From contig CAYMEZ010000010.1 of assembly GCA_964389835.1 (NCBI GenBank), forward strand, positions 284 through 64,283: a stretch of DNA of 64,000 nucleotides, in the 5' to 3' direction. The notes beneath the pieces were generated by a model. It was not told the origin of the DNA and did no database searches. It saw only the letters and a program-made list of their open reading frames with translations. Below, piece by piece: positions 49,530 through 59,920 of the stretch. Position 1 is the stretch's first letter; every line of letters begins with the position of its first letter. Source of the stretch: an uncultured Lachnospiraceae bacterium (GTDB lineage Bacteria > Bacillota > Clostridia > Lachnospirales > Lachnospiraceae). Both the position numbers and the translations under genes were made by a program.

Positions 49530-52121
49530 TTATGCGCCTCCTTCCAGTAATTTATCGTAAATCTCTTTTGCAAGAGTTTCGACCTGTGAAGTTCCTACGA
49601 TCCCGTAGGTTGTTTTTTCAATGTACTCTGCCTTTACATCAAAGATCGTCTGGCTGTCTGTTCCCAGAATGTATAAGGTATCCATCAGCGCCGGCGCTGC
49701 ATTTAAGGCTCTGCCGCCGCCTCCTGCCATGGTGCACTGCTTTTTCCCAAGAGTAAACAGATAATATTCCTTGGATTTCTGAAGCGTTACCGTGTTGTGT
49801 CTGTCATCAAAGATATATCGATAGCCTAAAGCCTTGCCCAGTGCCTGTAAGGATAAATAGGCATTTTTCTGGTCCTGATACTGCTGATAAAGATAAGCGC
49901 TGCCCGCCTTGGCTTTCTGTCTGGTAAGGGTGGCTGCAAGACTTCGTGCAAAGTCATTTTTCTTGTTCTGCCCATACCATTCCAGTGCCAGAATAGCTGC
50001 TGACTGCTGGGAATCAGAAGCACCTTCATAGCTTGTGCCAAGCAGCTGGCTTAAAATATCATTCAGCAAAGTCAGGAACGCATCCTCTGAATCCAGCTTG
50101 GCGGCACTTTGCAGCTTTGCCACATTTTCCAGTGCATCGCTTACTGTTCCCTCAAGTTCTGCCTTATCTCCTGCATCCAGCCCGGTAGCATCATTTAATG
50201 CTCCCTGTACCTGACTGAGGGCATTTGCCCCTGCTTCCGGATCCAGCTGAGCCGCAGCAGTAAGGGCTGCCAGCTGATTTTTCAGATCGTCACTGTTTCC
50301 ATCTGCGCTGAGAATATCTGCGGAAAGCTGATCTGCCATCTGGGAAAGCTGTGCTGCTACGCTGCTGTTTCCCATTCCGGCTCTTGCCTTTGCTTTATCT
50401 GCTTCGCTGCTGTTAGGCGAATTTAAAATATCGTTAAGCCTTTTCAGAAGATCATCGATCTCCTTCTGCTTTGCTTCCATCTCCGCAGTCAGCCTTTTTG
50501 CCTTTGCCAGATCATTCTGATCCAGGGCATCCTGCCTCTGCTTTGCCAGTGCGTCCTTTTCCTCTTCCAGCTTTGACATTTCTGTGCCGTCTGAGGAATT
50601 TTTTACCTGCTGGGCATATTCATTTCTCAGCCATATCAGATACTCTCCTACCGTTTCCCTAAGATAGCTTTCTGCTGCATCCTGCTGGATCGACCGCTCC
50701 AGCTGGGGAACTCCATCGATCAGCTGCAGAGTATACTGCTGTGCCTGTTCATTTTCCATCCGCTCAAACTGTGCCTCCAGCATAGTCTGGTATTCCAGTC
50801 TGTCTGCATTGGCTGCTGCCTTCTGCTCCGTCAGATAGCCCGAAAGGGCTGCCTGGGAAGCTCCGTCTGCCTGTGCGTTTTGATATTCCTGACTGACTCC
50901 GGCACGCAGATCCTGTGCATATTTCTGAAAGGCTGCCTGAACAAGCTCTGAAGTCAGGGCGGATAATTCGCTGTCCTGATCAGCAATTACGCCGTCTAAG
51001 ATATTTTGCAGATTACAGAGCATTTCCATGATCTCATCACAGCCCGGCGTATCATTTGCCCCTGCCTTAACGATCAGCTCCTGACTGTACTGATATTCTA
51101 CCCTGGCAGATATGGTTTCACCGGAGTCTGTCATGCGCTTTGCTTCATAGGCACTGATGCTTTCCTCTACATTCTGGATACAGTCACCTACTGCCGCTAC
51201 GATCTCAGAATTGATGAAAAAGTCCGGGATTTCCTCTTCCTCTGCTTCTTCTCCCTCGCCTTCGCCTTCTTCTGTCTCTTCCTTGTGAAGGCTTGCTCCC
51301 ATACCGCTGGCACTGTTTTCCAGATCATCCAGATAATCTGCAAGAACATTCAATGACAGAACTCTTCTTTCTGCATCTACAGAGGTCATGACCTTCTCTG
51401 TCTTTTCCACCCACATGGAGGGCTTTTCTCTGGAGGGAAGTGCTCCCTTGTACGCCTCCAGGCCTTTCAGGGAAGCGTCACATTCTCTCGTCCGATCCGT
51501 CCGGATATCCTTGCCGAAAAATTCCTGTATCATCTTGAGGTAGATCTCATCGGATTCATTTTTATCCGTTTTTTCCTGTAAGATCTGATACTGTATCCTA
51601 AGGGGCTCCAGCTCCTCCAATGCATTCAGATCGTAGGGATCATTGATGTCAAATACGGATACATTCTGCCCATTGCGAAGGTCTGTTGTGATCCCGTTTG
51701 CATTTGTCATATGGGTAAATTCCAGTGCCTCAATGACACTTTTATTTACCGGATTGCCGGAGGTAGCAATATCTGCAATGGAAACTGCCTCTGATATTTC
51801 AAACCATGCTCCCTCTGCCAGCTCTGACTTGTAGTACATCTGATGCTGGTTAAACTCATTTGCCGACTCCATTGCTGCTGTATACAGCTCATCTGTCAGC
51901 CCATTGATGTGGATCAGATGAGAACCGATCACCAGCGTTGCCGGCTCAATCTGGGAATCCTGCATATGCACTGAACGGGTTCCTGCTGCCTTGTCGCTTT
52001 CCAGCGCCGCCCTGACATGGATTCCGCAGATTCCAAGTGCCAGAAGCACTGCCAGCAGACCCATCATATACAAAAGCTTATTCGGTTTTTTATCTGCTTT
52101 CTCCTGCATTTTCATTCTCAT
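49530..52121 (-). CDS. Exported/membrane-anchored coiled-coil protein with C-terminal Cu-amine-oxidase-N (stalk)-like domain
   Basis: N-terminal hydrophobic segment ending VRA, long coiled coil, YLSLQALGKALGYRYIFD...APAL...LYI; start reassigned to 52121. Confidence 0.65.
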   Translation of the reverse strand: MRMKMQEKADKKPNKLLYMMGLLAVLLALGICGIHVRAALESDKAAGTRSVHMQDSQIEPATLVIGSHLIHINGLTDELYTAAMESANEFNQHQMYYKSELAEGAWFEISEAVSIADIATSGNPVNKSVIEALEFTHMTNANGITTDLRNGQNVSVFDINDPYDLNALEELEPLRIQYQILQEKTDKNESDEIYLKMIQEFFGKDIRTDRTRECDASLKGLEAYKGALPSREKPSMWVEKTEKVMTSVDAERRVLSLNVLADYLDDLENSASGMGASLHKEETEEGEGEGEEAEEEEIPDFFINSEIVAAVGDCIQNVEESISAYEAKRMTDSGETISARVEYQYSQELIVKAGANDTPGCDEIMEMLCNLQNILDGVIADQDSELSALTSELVQAAFQKYAQDLRAGVSQEYQNAQADGASQAALSGYLTEQKAAANADRLEYQTMLEAQFERMENEQAQQYTLQLIDGVPQLERSIQQDAAESYLRETVGEYLIWLRNEYAQQVKNSSDGTEMSKLEEEKDALAKQRQDALDQNDLAKAKRLTAEMEAKQKEIDDLLKRLNDILNSPNSSEADKAKARAGMGNSSVAAQLSQMADQLSADILSADGNSDDLKNQLAALTAAAQLDPEAGANALSQVQGALNDATGLDAGDKAELEGTVSDALENVAKLQSAAKLDSEDAFLTLLNDILSQLLGTSYEGASDSQQSAAILALEWYGQNKKNDFARSLAATLTRQKAKAGSAYLYQQYQDQKNAYLSLQALGKALGYRYIFDDRHNTVTLQKSKEYYLFTLGKKQCTMAGGGGRALNAAPALMDTLYILGTDSQTIFDVKAEYIEKTTYGIVGTSQVETLAKEIYDKLLEGGA

Positions 52122-52122
52122 A

Positions 52123-54171
52123 CTAATCTTCCTTTTTCTGCAGCGTCTGATCTGCACTCTGTGGCCGTGCTTCAAAGAGCAGGACACCTGACTTATCATA
52201 CAGGCAGATGGTCAGATCCTCCAGACTGCCCTCTGCTGCTGCCAGATAACTGAACTTATCCTTTACCGGAATCTTTTTGTCGCTAACCAGATACTTGCCG
52301 TCTGCTGTCTTTATGTTGTAGAATTCTGCCATCTGATCAGGATTCAGTGTGATCTTAAATTCCAGCATGCCAGTTGCAGAATTGGTCTTTGCTGTATAGG
52401 AGCCTATCTGGCTGCTGCCAGTGGTTTCTATCCGATAATTGGTAATCAGCAGCTTCTCGGAGTATACCGAGGGGTCGATGTCACAATCATCTACAAAGGT
52501 ATCGCCGTCATACAGGCGGATAAATACCCGGTCTACCTCTTCCATATCCAGTGCAAGATGCCTGATGGTCTTATTTACCGCTGTCCGCGTGCCAACCTGC
52601 ATATTGTCTACCCACAGCTCATAATCGGATACTCCGATCTCAAAATTCTCAGGAACAGAAAGCCCCAGTTCAAAAATATTGTTTTCAACCATGGAATGAA
52701 TGAAATAATAAATCCCTTCCCCTTCATCCTCCACCACATAGCTTTTGCCGCCCTCTGAGGAGGATAATTCTATGGCTTCGCCCTTCAGATAAGCAGAAAG
52801 AGCGCCGCAGGTCAGTCTGTCAAAGGTATAAAGGATCTCACTGTGGGCTGCTTTTGCATCCAGATAATCCATCTGCAGTTCCTCATATTCCTCCTGCACC
52901 TGTGTGTATTCCTCGTAAGTCATCTTGCCGGTTCCATTTAAGTAAGCGGCTTTTTTTAATTCGTTTTCCTTTTTTGCCACTTCTTTTGCCAGTGACTGGC
53001 TGGAATTCATGGTAGAGACATAATTTTCGTAATATTCCTTTACAGAAGCAGTCAGGTCCTTTTTCATTGCCAGCTCTTCTGCATACAGCCCCTGATATTC
53101 CACTGCCGATTCATACAGGGCATAGGGCTCATCCTCTACATATCGTATTCCATCGATCGCTCCCTTAAACCACTCCTTAGGGATCTTGATGAAAAGGATC
53201 CTTTTCTTTCCCTGCCAGGGCTGATCCGCCGCATCCAGCAGTTCTCCATATTTCAGCTTAAATGCTGCTGAATCCAGCTTTTCTCCTTTTTTTGCCTGAT
53301 TGATAAAGCTGTCGATCATTCTCATTTTGCTGCCATACTGATTCTGCATCAGGCGGTAGTTTGTATTCAGCTCCAAAAGCCCATTGGCACTTGCAGTTCT
53401 TGCCTGATAATAGGCATCGTCATATTCCAGTGTATGGGCGATCAGCTCTTCCTGCGTCATCCGGTCTAAGGAAGCAGTCACAAAAGGGCTTTGGAATTCA
53501 TAGGAGGTGGACAGATCCACTCCGATCAGCAGGCCCAGCTTTTCTTTTTCTGCCTCGAAATTTCTTTTATCGGAGGCAAGCGTGCTGTTTAGGGTTTCCA
53601 GCTTTTTTTCCATTGTATCAACATCTGTCTGGTTTGCCTGACCTGCGAGAAGCCTTGCTTTATTTTTATTGAGTGCGCCCTGATAAGAGTCAATCCTCTT
53701 TTCGTTGTAAAAAATTTTTTCCTGCAACACATATACCTTTAAAAAAGCAAGCTCTACCTTTTCATATATGCCGTAGATACAGTCTGACAGGCTGTGGTTC
53801 AGCACATCGATCTGGGACTGCAGCTCTAAGGGCTTGTAGGTATATTCAAATTCATCTGCCAGATCCGGCTTCTCCGGAAATTTGAAATTCAGAAGAGGAG
53901 ACCACCGGAAGGTTTTCTGATTTTTTTCCTTTAATTTAATGGATTTTACTGACTGTGTGTACTGTACCTTTGCCAGTGCCAGCTTATTTTTCAGCTTTGT
54001 ATAATCACTGCTCTGAGCGAGCGCCATGCTCTTTGCCGTTGCCACCGACAGCTTTTTTGCAGCTGCCTGCGCCTGCCATGGCGGCAGTGTGCCGATAAGG
54101 AGGCTGCAGAGAAGAAATACGGAAAGCAGTCTGCTTATGAATTTGTGCTTATGCCTTTTCCTTGCTTTCAC
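52123..54171 (-). CDS. TolC/OEP-like exported protein with C-terminal beta-rich domain
   Basis: Signal peptide (AQA), LSVATAKSMAL, two OEP-like repeats (ARLLAGQANQTD; NGTGKMTYEEY...DRLTCG). Confidence 0.65.
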   Translation of the reverse strand: MKARKRHKHKFISRLLSVFLLCSLLIGTLPPWQAQAAAKKLSVATAKSMALAQSSDYTKLKNKLALAKVQYTQSVKSIKLKEKNQKTFRWSPLLNFKFPEKPDLADEFEYTYKPLELQSQIDVLNHSLSDCIYGIYEKVELAFLKVYVLQEKIFYNEKRIDSYQGALNKNKARLLAGQANQTDVDTMEKKLETLNSTLASDKRNFEAEKEKLGLLIGVDLSTSYEFQSPFVTASLDRMTQEELIAHTLEYDDAYYQARTASANGLLELNTNYRLMQNQYGSKMRMIDSFINQAKKGEKLDSAAFKLKYGELLDAADQPWQGKKRILFIKIPKEWFKGAIDGIRYVEDEPYALYESAVEYQGLYAEELAMKKDLTASVKEYYENYVSTMNSSQSLAKEVAKKENELKKAAYLNGTGKMTYEEYTQVQEEYEELQMDYLDAKAAHSEILYTFDRLTCGALSAYLKGEAIELSSSEGGKSYVVEDEGEGIYYFIHSMVENNIFELGLSVPENFEIGVSDYELWVDNMQVGTRTAVNKTIRHLALDMEEVDRVFIRLYDGDTFVDDCDIDPSVYSEKLLITNYRIETTGSSQIGSYTAKTNSATGMLEFKITLNPDQMAEFYNIKTADGKYLVSDKKIPVKDKFSYLAAAEGSLEDLTICLYDKSGVLLFEARPQSADQTLQKKED

Positions 54172-54209
54172 GAAGGCCTCCCCTTTCTTTTTTGTCCTGC
54201 TTTTATGCT

Positions 54210-55427
54210 CTACTGCTCCAGAGCATACATAAAGAAATCACTGTCCTTATCTGCTGCGATAAAGGTATAGGTCACATCCTCTGTCTGGAACACGTAAAGA
54301 TATACCAGGGTGTCTGCCGGATATGACTCCACCTCCCACACCTCATCAAAGGGATGGGACGCTTCTATGGCGATCTCTAAGGGAATATCCTTTCCCTTTT
54401 TTTGCAGCCAGTCAATTCCCACTGCCTCTGGAAAGGTCACATAGCTGTTTCCTTCAAAGACCGGTGCTCCCAGAACGGTACGCAGCTCATCTATCGTAGA
54501 GATCTTATAATTGCCATAGGTAAACTCATTTTTTCCTACATAAATCGCCGAAGCCTTAACATCATCCTCCAGGCTGCTGCTTTCTGAGGGTGCTACATAA
54601 AACGCATCGATGTCTTCCATGATAACTGCCCAGTCTGTTTCCTCCTGATAGATCAGGCTGTGACCGGTGTAGCAGTCTGCGATCTGGGAAGCGCTTTTTC
54701 CAAGAAGCTGGGAGTAAACCAGCTCGCCATTGTGAAAAGCTCCCTTGAACACCTCTGCATCAGAGGCATCATACAAGATTCCTTCTCCTTCAAAAAGTCC
54801 CTTTGAAAACTGCCCCGCATACTGCTTGGAGCCGCCCTCCCGGTAAAGGCTTCCCTCGCCTTCAAAAACATTCTCCCGGAAAGCTCCCTGATACTGCACC
54901 TGACCGATAGGGTAATACAACGTTCCCTGTCCGCAGAACTCATTTTTTTCAAAAGCGCCGTCATACAGCAGAGCGCCATTTTCATTAAAGAGCTTTCCCT
55001 GCCCTGTTGCATAGCCACCCTCCACATTGCCCTCGTAGGCAATATAGCCGGATCTGGCTTTGATCTTTACATTTCCTTTTTCAAAGCGCAGCGGAATGGA
55101 ATTGTAATTGTAAACATTTTCTGCTGTTCCCATTCCTTCTTTTATATTTGCCACTGGATTGATCCAGACAAAATAGCACAGGCATAAGATGCCAACTACC
55201 ACAACAACAGCACGGGCAAGTCTCTGACTGACCAGATAACCAAAAAGAGGATAATAGTCATCCTTGTTTCTGGGTTTTACCTGAAAGACACTATTTAAGG
55301 CATTTCTGATTTTTGTCAGGACATTCGCTTTGATGAAGCTCCAGCTCGTCCAGTACTTTAATTTTGTCCACAGCGGCGTAATGCGCGCTTTCAATGTACT
55401 AAGCAGTACTGACAACAGATTATTCAT
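54210..55427 (-). CDS. Membrane-anchored MORN-repeat protein
   Basis: One TM helix followed by YxGxFxxxxFxGxGxLY repeats. Confidence 0.85.
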   Translation of the reverse strand: MNNLLSVLLSTLKARITPLWTKLKYWTSWSFIKANVLTKIRNALNSVFQVKPRNKDDYYPLFGYLVSQRLARAVVVVVGILCLCYFVWINPVANIKEGMGTAENVYNYNSIPLRFEKGNVKIKARSGYIAYEGNVEGGYATGQGKLFNENGALLYDGAFEKNEFCGQGTLYYPIGQVQYQGAFRENVFEGEGSLYREGGSKQYAGQFSKGLFEGEGILYDASDAEVFKGAFHNGELVYSQLLGKSASQIADCYTGHSLIYQEETDWAVIMEDIDAFYVAPSESSSLEDDVKASAIYVGKNEFTYGNYKISTIDELRTVLGAPVFEGNSYVTFPEAVGIDWLQKKGKDIPLEIAIEASHPFDEVWEVESYPADTLVYLYVFQTEDVTYTFIAADKDSDFFMYALEQ

Positions 55428-55459
55428 GCTTTATCATCTCTCCAATATTTCCAACCTCT

Positions 55460-57163
55460 TTACTCAGAAAAGAGGGCACATGAAATATCTTTTCTGCAAT
55501 CTGCATTCAAACATTTTTCACACAGGAAAAGATATCCTTTCGCCACTTCATCGTTGGGACATTCCTTTAATACCTCTGTAAAAAGATTTCTGCCCAGATA
55601 ATAGTCGCCCTGATAGAAAAGGTTCAGTGCCTTTTCAAATTTCTCTCTGGTATCCAGTCTTCTCTGGCGTTCCTTTGCCGGACAGGCATCCAGGATCTCG
55701 TACAGTTTAAAGGTATACCCTTCCTCCTCCAGATAACCGATGTATCTGCTGGTGGTTTCTTTTTCCAGCAGCTCATAAACTGAATCCGTAACTGCCATTC
55801 TGATCCCGGCAGCTCTGAAGCGCTCCACATATCGTTCCAGCCGTTTCATTTCTTTGGAATGTACATAGGTAAATGCCTGCTCTTCATTGCCGGCTACTCC
55901 ATAGATAAAATCTGTTTTATGCAGTAATACAAAAAACTGGTTTCCTCTTCCCTCATCCTGCCTCATTGATAGGTCAATGCCAAAATGAAGTGCTTTCTGG
56001 GGATCTTTCTGGAACAAAAGCTCAAGGGTTGTCAGGTCACTGCTGGTAGAAAGCAGGATTCCCTCATATTCCTCCTGTTTCTCGCCAAGCACCTCATATT
56101 CCTGATTCATCTTCTGCAAATGTGCCTGTTCACCCAGCTTTTTGTTTTCCGGGTACGCCACAAAGGCAAGTGTACCAGTCACATGGGCTCTGTCATTTGC
56201 TTCTACCTCCAGAATAGAGGTCCTGCCCAGGATCCTCTCGATCTGCTTGGGAGCAAAGCGGTAATACCCCTGCATCACTCTGTATTTTATGTAATTCATC
56301 CTTGCTACATCTGCCGCGATCTGTGCCAGACTGTTTCTCAGTCCCCGGATCTCATTGCTTTCCAGCCATGTGCTTTTTTCATTGTCCTGCAGGGAATCCC
56401 AGTCGCTTTTTCCCTCTGCCACTCTTGCCGCAGCAGCAGCAAGTCTGCGAAGCTGACTTCCCTGTAAAAAGATAACAGCTGCCAGCAGCAATGTGCCGAA
56501 AAATAAAAATACGCTTCCATAAATGATATATTCTGTCCGCAGCTGCCCCACTGCCTCCTGCAATGGTTCTAAAGGAATCTCAGTAAAAAAAACATATTTA
56601 GGGGCTACTTTTCCGCTTCCTGCATACACCAGTGCTCCTGTGCCCTCCGGCGTTTCCTCGCAGAAAACCGTTTCCAGACGGATCGCCTGCTCTGCATATT
56701 TCTCTACATATGCTTTGCATTCATCTGCCGAAAGATAACCCTCCCGGTTTTGTCTGTAAACCTTTTCCAGATAGCAGCCCTCTGTGGCTCTTTCGTAAAT
56801 AGCTGTTGTCAGATAGCGGATGGTCTCACCATCTACGTTTGTAACCGGAAGGCTGCCTTCCAGCAAAAGCTGCAGGTCATCTCCTGCCTTCTCCCATGTG
56901 GTATCAGAAGAACCGCTTATGATATCCTCAAGCTCCCCTGCATACACCTGTGCATCGTGAATGTATACGCCAAACAGGGAAAAATATTCTTTTTTCATAA
57001 ATTCCTGGGTTCTTGAAAGGCTGAACGCTGCTATAAACAACACTGCTGCAATCAGCAGAAGTTCCAGTACAGCAAAGCGCTGCAATGACTGTGAATGGCT
57101 CAGCAGCATAGCGCCTAAAGCCAGCAATATGATAACGATCCCAACAATCAGTAACTGTGTCAT
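55460..57163 (-). CDS. Membrane sensor with HAMP and degenerate class III adenylate/guanylate cyclase-like domain
   Basis: YYRFAPKQIERILG...; the FxDIxxF and GD motifs are absent; C-terminal TPR-like FEKALNLFYQG...PND. Confidence 0.6.
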   Translation of the reverse strand: MTQLLIVGIVIILLALGAMLLSHSQSLQRFAVLELLLIAAVLFIAAFSLSRTQEFMKKEYFSLFGVYIHDAQVYAGELEDIISGSSDTTWEKAGDDLQLLLEGSLPVTNVDGETIRYLTTAIYERATEGCYLEKVYRQNREGYLSADECKAYVEKYAEQAIRLETVFCEETPEGTGALVYAGSGKVAPKYVFFTEIPLEPLQEAVGQLRTEYIIYGSVFLFFGTLLLAAVIFLQGSQLRRLAAAAARVAEGKSDWDSLQDNEKSTWLESNEIRGLRNSLAQIAADVARMNYIKYRVMQGYYRFAPKQIERILGRTSILEVEANDRAHVTGTLAFVAYPENKKLGEQAHLQKMNQEYEVLGEKQEEYEGILLSTSSDLTTLELLFQKDPQKALHFGIDLSMRQDEGRGNQFFVLLHKTDFIYGVAGNEEQAFTYVHSKEMKRLERYVERFRAAGIRMAVTDSVYELLEKETTSRYIGYLEEEGYTFKLYEILDACPAKERQRRLDTREKFEKALNLFYQGDYYLGRNLFTEVLKECPNDEVAKGYLFLCEKCLNADCRKDISCALFSE

Positions 57164-57174
57164 TTCACTTTCCT

Positions 57175-58017
57175 CTATTTCGTTAGTGATTCAGTCCCGA
57201 TCTGTTTAAATGTATTCATAAACAGTCTCAGGAACGGTACCTCCCCCCAGATTATGTCTGCCAGAAACATCAGCAATACCAGTACCGCCATTACTACGGA
57301 TAAAAACAGCAGCATCCTGAACAGCTCCGACTGATGACGCTGCCACAGGCCCTTTATCCTGCTTTTGATCCCCTTTTTTTCTATATTTGTCTTAGACAGC
57401 CGGATGTCCTTATACAGCTCCCTGAAATCGCTGTAGCTTTTCTTTGGTATCTTTTTCAGCAGCAGCTGATAGCTGACATTTTTCTTTGTGGTCTTTTCCT
57501 GCAGCAGCTCTCTGATACGGATCGCACACTGCATGGTACATTCCTTCTGCCCGCTTTTATCATCCAGTTCTGACAGATCCAGACAATACCCCAGCACAAT
57601 GCTGTTGTCCTTGAGCAGATGGATCTGTCCCTGCTTCAGCACCAGCTCCAGCAGCGGATAGGGCAGCGTGGAGGACATACACTGCAAAAGCAGGTTCAGA
57701 CAGATGTCCTCGCATACCGCAAGGGGAATCGCTTTTGCCATATAAAAATCTGCCAGCTTTCTTTCTTTTATGTAAGGAAATACCATACAATAGCAGTTGT
57801 TGCAGGTAAACATATCAACACAGCAATCCATGCTGCGCTCTGCGCTTCTGATGATCCGCAGCAGCCGTTTGACTGTTTCATGATCCTTGATCGTCAGCAG
57901 TGTGTAATAGCTGCCCTTGTTTCCGGATACTTCCTCGCAAATCATTACATCATTTATTTCCCCACGAAACACTTCCATGACACTGTGCAGTGTCAGACGC
58001 TCTGATTGGTATATCAT
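57175..58017 (-). CDS. Hypothetical protein, possibly pseudokinase-like, with C-terminal TM helix
   Basis: Spacing resembles a kinase N-lobe and hinge (CMVFPYIKERKL) but catalytic motifs are absent; C-terminal hydrophobic helix. Confidence 0.45.
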   Translation of the reverse strand: MIYQSERLTLHSVMEVFRGEINDVMICEEVSGNKGSYYTLLTIKDHETVKRLLRIIRSAERSMDCCVDMFTCNNCYCMVFPYIKERKLADFYMAKAIPLAVCEDICLNLLLQCMSSTLPYPLLELVLKQGQIHLLKDNSIVLGYCLDLSELDDKSGQKECTMQCAIRIRELLQEKTTKKNVSYQLLLKKIPKKSYSDFRELYKDIRLSKTNIEKKGIKSRIKGLWQRHQSELFRMLLFLSVVMAVLVLLMFLADIIWGEVPFLRLFMNTFKQIGTESLTK

Positions 58018-58029
58018 AGATACCCCCTC

Positions 58030-59841
58030 TTACTTCTCCTCCTGCTCCGCTTCTATTACCTTCTTTTTGACGATAGCGTATGCATATGTACAGATCAGTG
58101 GTTTATCCGTGCAGTAAATCTTGATCTCGTATACACCTTCCTTGGCAGGTGCTGTATAGATGCCGTCCGGTGTGATCTCGCCGCTTCCCGGCTCTGTCAT
58201 CTCATAGGATACGGAACACGGCTTCATATTATTGTATTTGATCTGGAAGAAATAGCTTTCCTTTATTCCCACAACGATGGTCGGTGTAACAGCGGAAATA
58301 TTCTGGTTGCCTGTTTCTTCGTATTTTTCCTGAAGCTCATCACCGCCGTAACGGATCGCTACCCAGCGATAGGTCAGCACCAGCTGCTTTACATCCTGCA
58401 AAAGTCTCAGTGCCACAACGAAGCTTCCCTTGTCATTTAACACCTTAACTGCGGTCTCTGCGGTAACAGCAGGCTGTCCCTGGGAAAATAATGCCGGATC
58501 TCCATATACCGTAGTCTTGGCATCCTTGCCAAGGACTCTGTCCTCCTCCAGGCTTTCATAGCCTACCTGTACATATACGTTTCCTTTTCCAAGTCCATGC
58601 ATGATCTCGCTGGAATAACAGATGTCGCCCCGTCTTGCATTTTCTCCAAGGGGAATCTCTACGATCCCGGTCTCCATTCTCGGCTGGGAGGTTTCATAAT
58701 ATTCTCTGTGTATTTCATTTCTTGCAGCTATGCTGCCTGCTTTTCTTTCCGTCTGGTAAAAGGGCAGCTTTTTGTTGAAGTACTCTGCGTATTCACGGCG
58801 AAGTCCTGCATCCCGCATGGTAAGAATATATTTTTTAACTGCCTTTTCTTCTACTGTTTCAATGAGATAAGCGGATTCCGTCCTAACCAGCTTCAGATCA
58901 GCAAGACGGATCATGCCTACATTACCGCCCATATTTCTGAATTCCATGCTGACCTTTCCTGTTTCTCTTGCAGCCAGCTCGGCTGGTTCATCCTTGATAA
59001 TGTTGATCTTCCAGTTTAAGCTGCTGCCGGAAGAAACATCCACTCCATTTATCATGGCTTTGGCACTGCCGGATTTTAACATGATGCTGCTGTCATTCAG
59101 TTCTTCCTCCTGAGCAAACAGCCAGTATTCCCGTGTAAGCTTTTTCCCGTTTTCCAGAACAATGTTATCCAGCAGGATGTTCAGCTCCTGTCCGCCGTTT
59201 TCTGCTGTCAGTGCCGGTGTCTGCAGATCTGCCTCATAATACAGATTTACATTTTCCATGCTGAGCTTTTCTACCTCTACTACAGCTTTCACATAATAAC
59301 CTGCGCAGATGTTTGCCGGAAGCTTAAGGCGAACCCTGAAATCCTGATTTTCAAACAGAACGCCTCCTGCAAAAAATTCTGTCTCTACCTCAAAGGGGGC
59401 TTCGATATCCTCTGTATCCTGAAGGAACAGCTCATAGGACTCCTGAATACGGTTGTGCTCATATTCCTTTTGTCCCTCCTGATGATTTACGGAATAGACA
59501 GGCTGGTTATCCTCCTCCCGATAGCGGATGCAAAGGCTTACCTGATTTGTTTTCAGCGTCTCAAAGCCTTCCAGTGTGGATAATTTTTTAACCACTGAAT
59601 TTTCCACAACGATCTCTCTGCCTGCATCATCAACAGCAACGCCGCTTTCGATCATGATCGAAAGATCATCCAGACTGATCACGCTCAATCCGCAGACGAT
59701 CCCGCTACCGCCCAGCATCTGGTTCACAAATCTGCGTTTATTGTTCATATAAAGCTGCTCTGCCTCAAAATCGGCAGAGGTCAGCATCTTTCCTTTATAA
59801 TATCTGTTTCTGTTAAATGGAAGTAATTCGCTGTTTTTCAC
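58030..59841 (-). CDS. CIS baseplate/fibre-associated protein
   Basis: N-terminal RNRYYKGKMLTSADFEAEQ...GSGIVCGL motif typical of CIS fibre/baseplate-attachment proteins; Ig-like C-terminus (ITPDGIYTAP). Confidence 0.65.
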   Translation of the reverse strand: MKNSELLPFNRNRYYKGKMLTSADFEAEQLYMNNKRRFVNQMLGGSGIVCGLSVISLDDLSIMIESGVAVDDAGREIVVENSVVKKLSTLEGFETLKTNQVSLCIRYREEDNQPVYSVNHQEGQKEYEHNRIQESYELFLQDTEDIEAPFEVETEFFAGGVLFENQDFRVRLKLPANICAGYYVKAVVEVEKLSMENVNLYYEADLQTPALTAENGGQELNILLDNIVLENGKKLTREYWLFAQEEELNDSSIMLKSGSAKAMINGVDVSSGSSLNWKINIIKDEPAELAARETGKVSMEFRNMGGNVGMIRLADLKLVRTESAYLIETVEEKAVKKYILTMRDAGLRREYAEYFNKKLPFYQTERKAGSIAARNEIHREYYETSQPRMETGIVEIPLGENARRGDICYSSEIMHGLGKGNVYVQVGYESLEEDRVLGKDAKTTVYGDPALFSQGQPAVTAETAVKVLNDKGSFVVALRLLQDVKQLVLTYRWVAIRYGGDELQEKYEETGNQNISAVTPTIVVGIKESYFFQIKYNNMKPCSVSYEMTEPGSGEITPDGIYTAPAKEGVYEIKIYCTDKPLICTYAYAIVKKKVIEAEQEEK

Positions 59842-59920
59842 TGGCCCTTTCCCCGCTTTCTTTTTAATAATTGGTTCTTTTTACTATGTTCCCTGATACG
59901 TTCTCTCTTTGTCTGTAACT

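Noticed and set aside
29912-59841. Canonical T6SS
   Set aside because: Single-chain sheath and gp19-type tube; no TssJ/L/M, TssB/C or ClpV motifs recognised.
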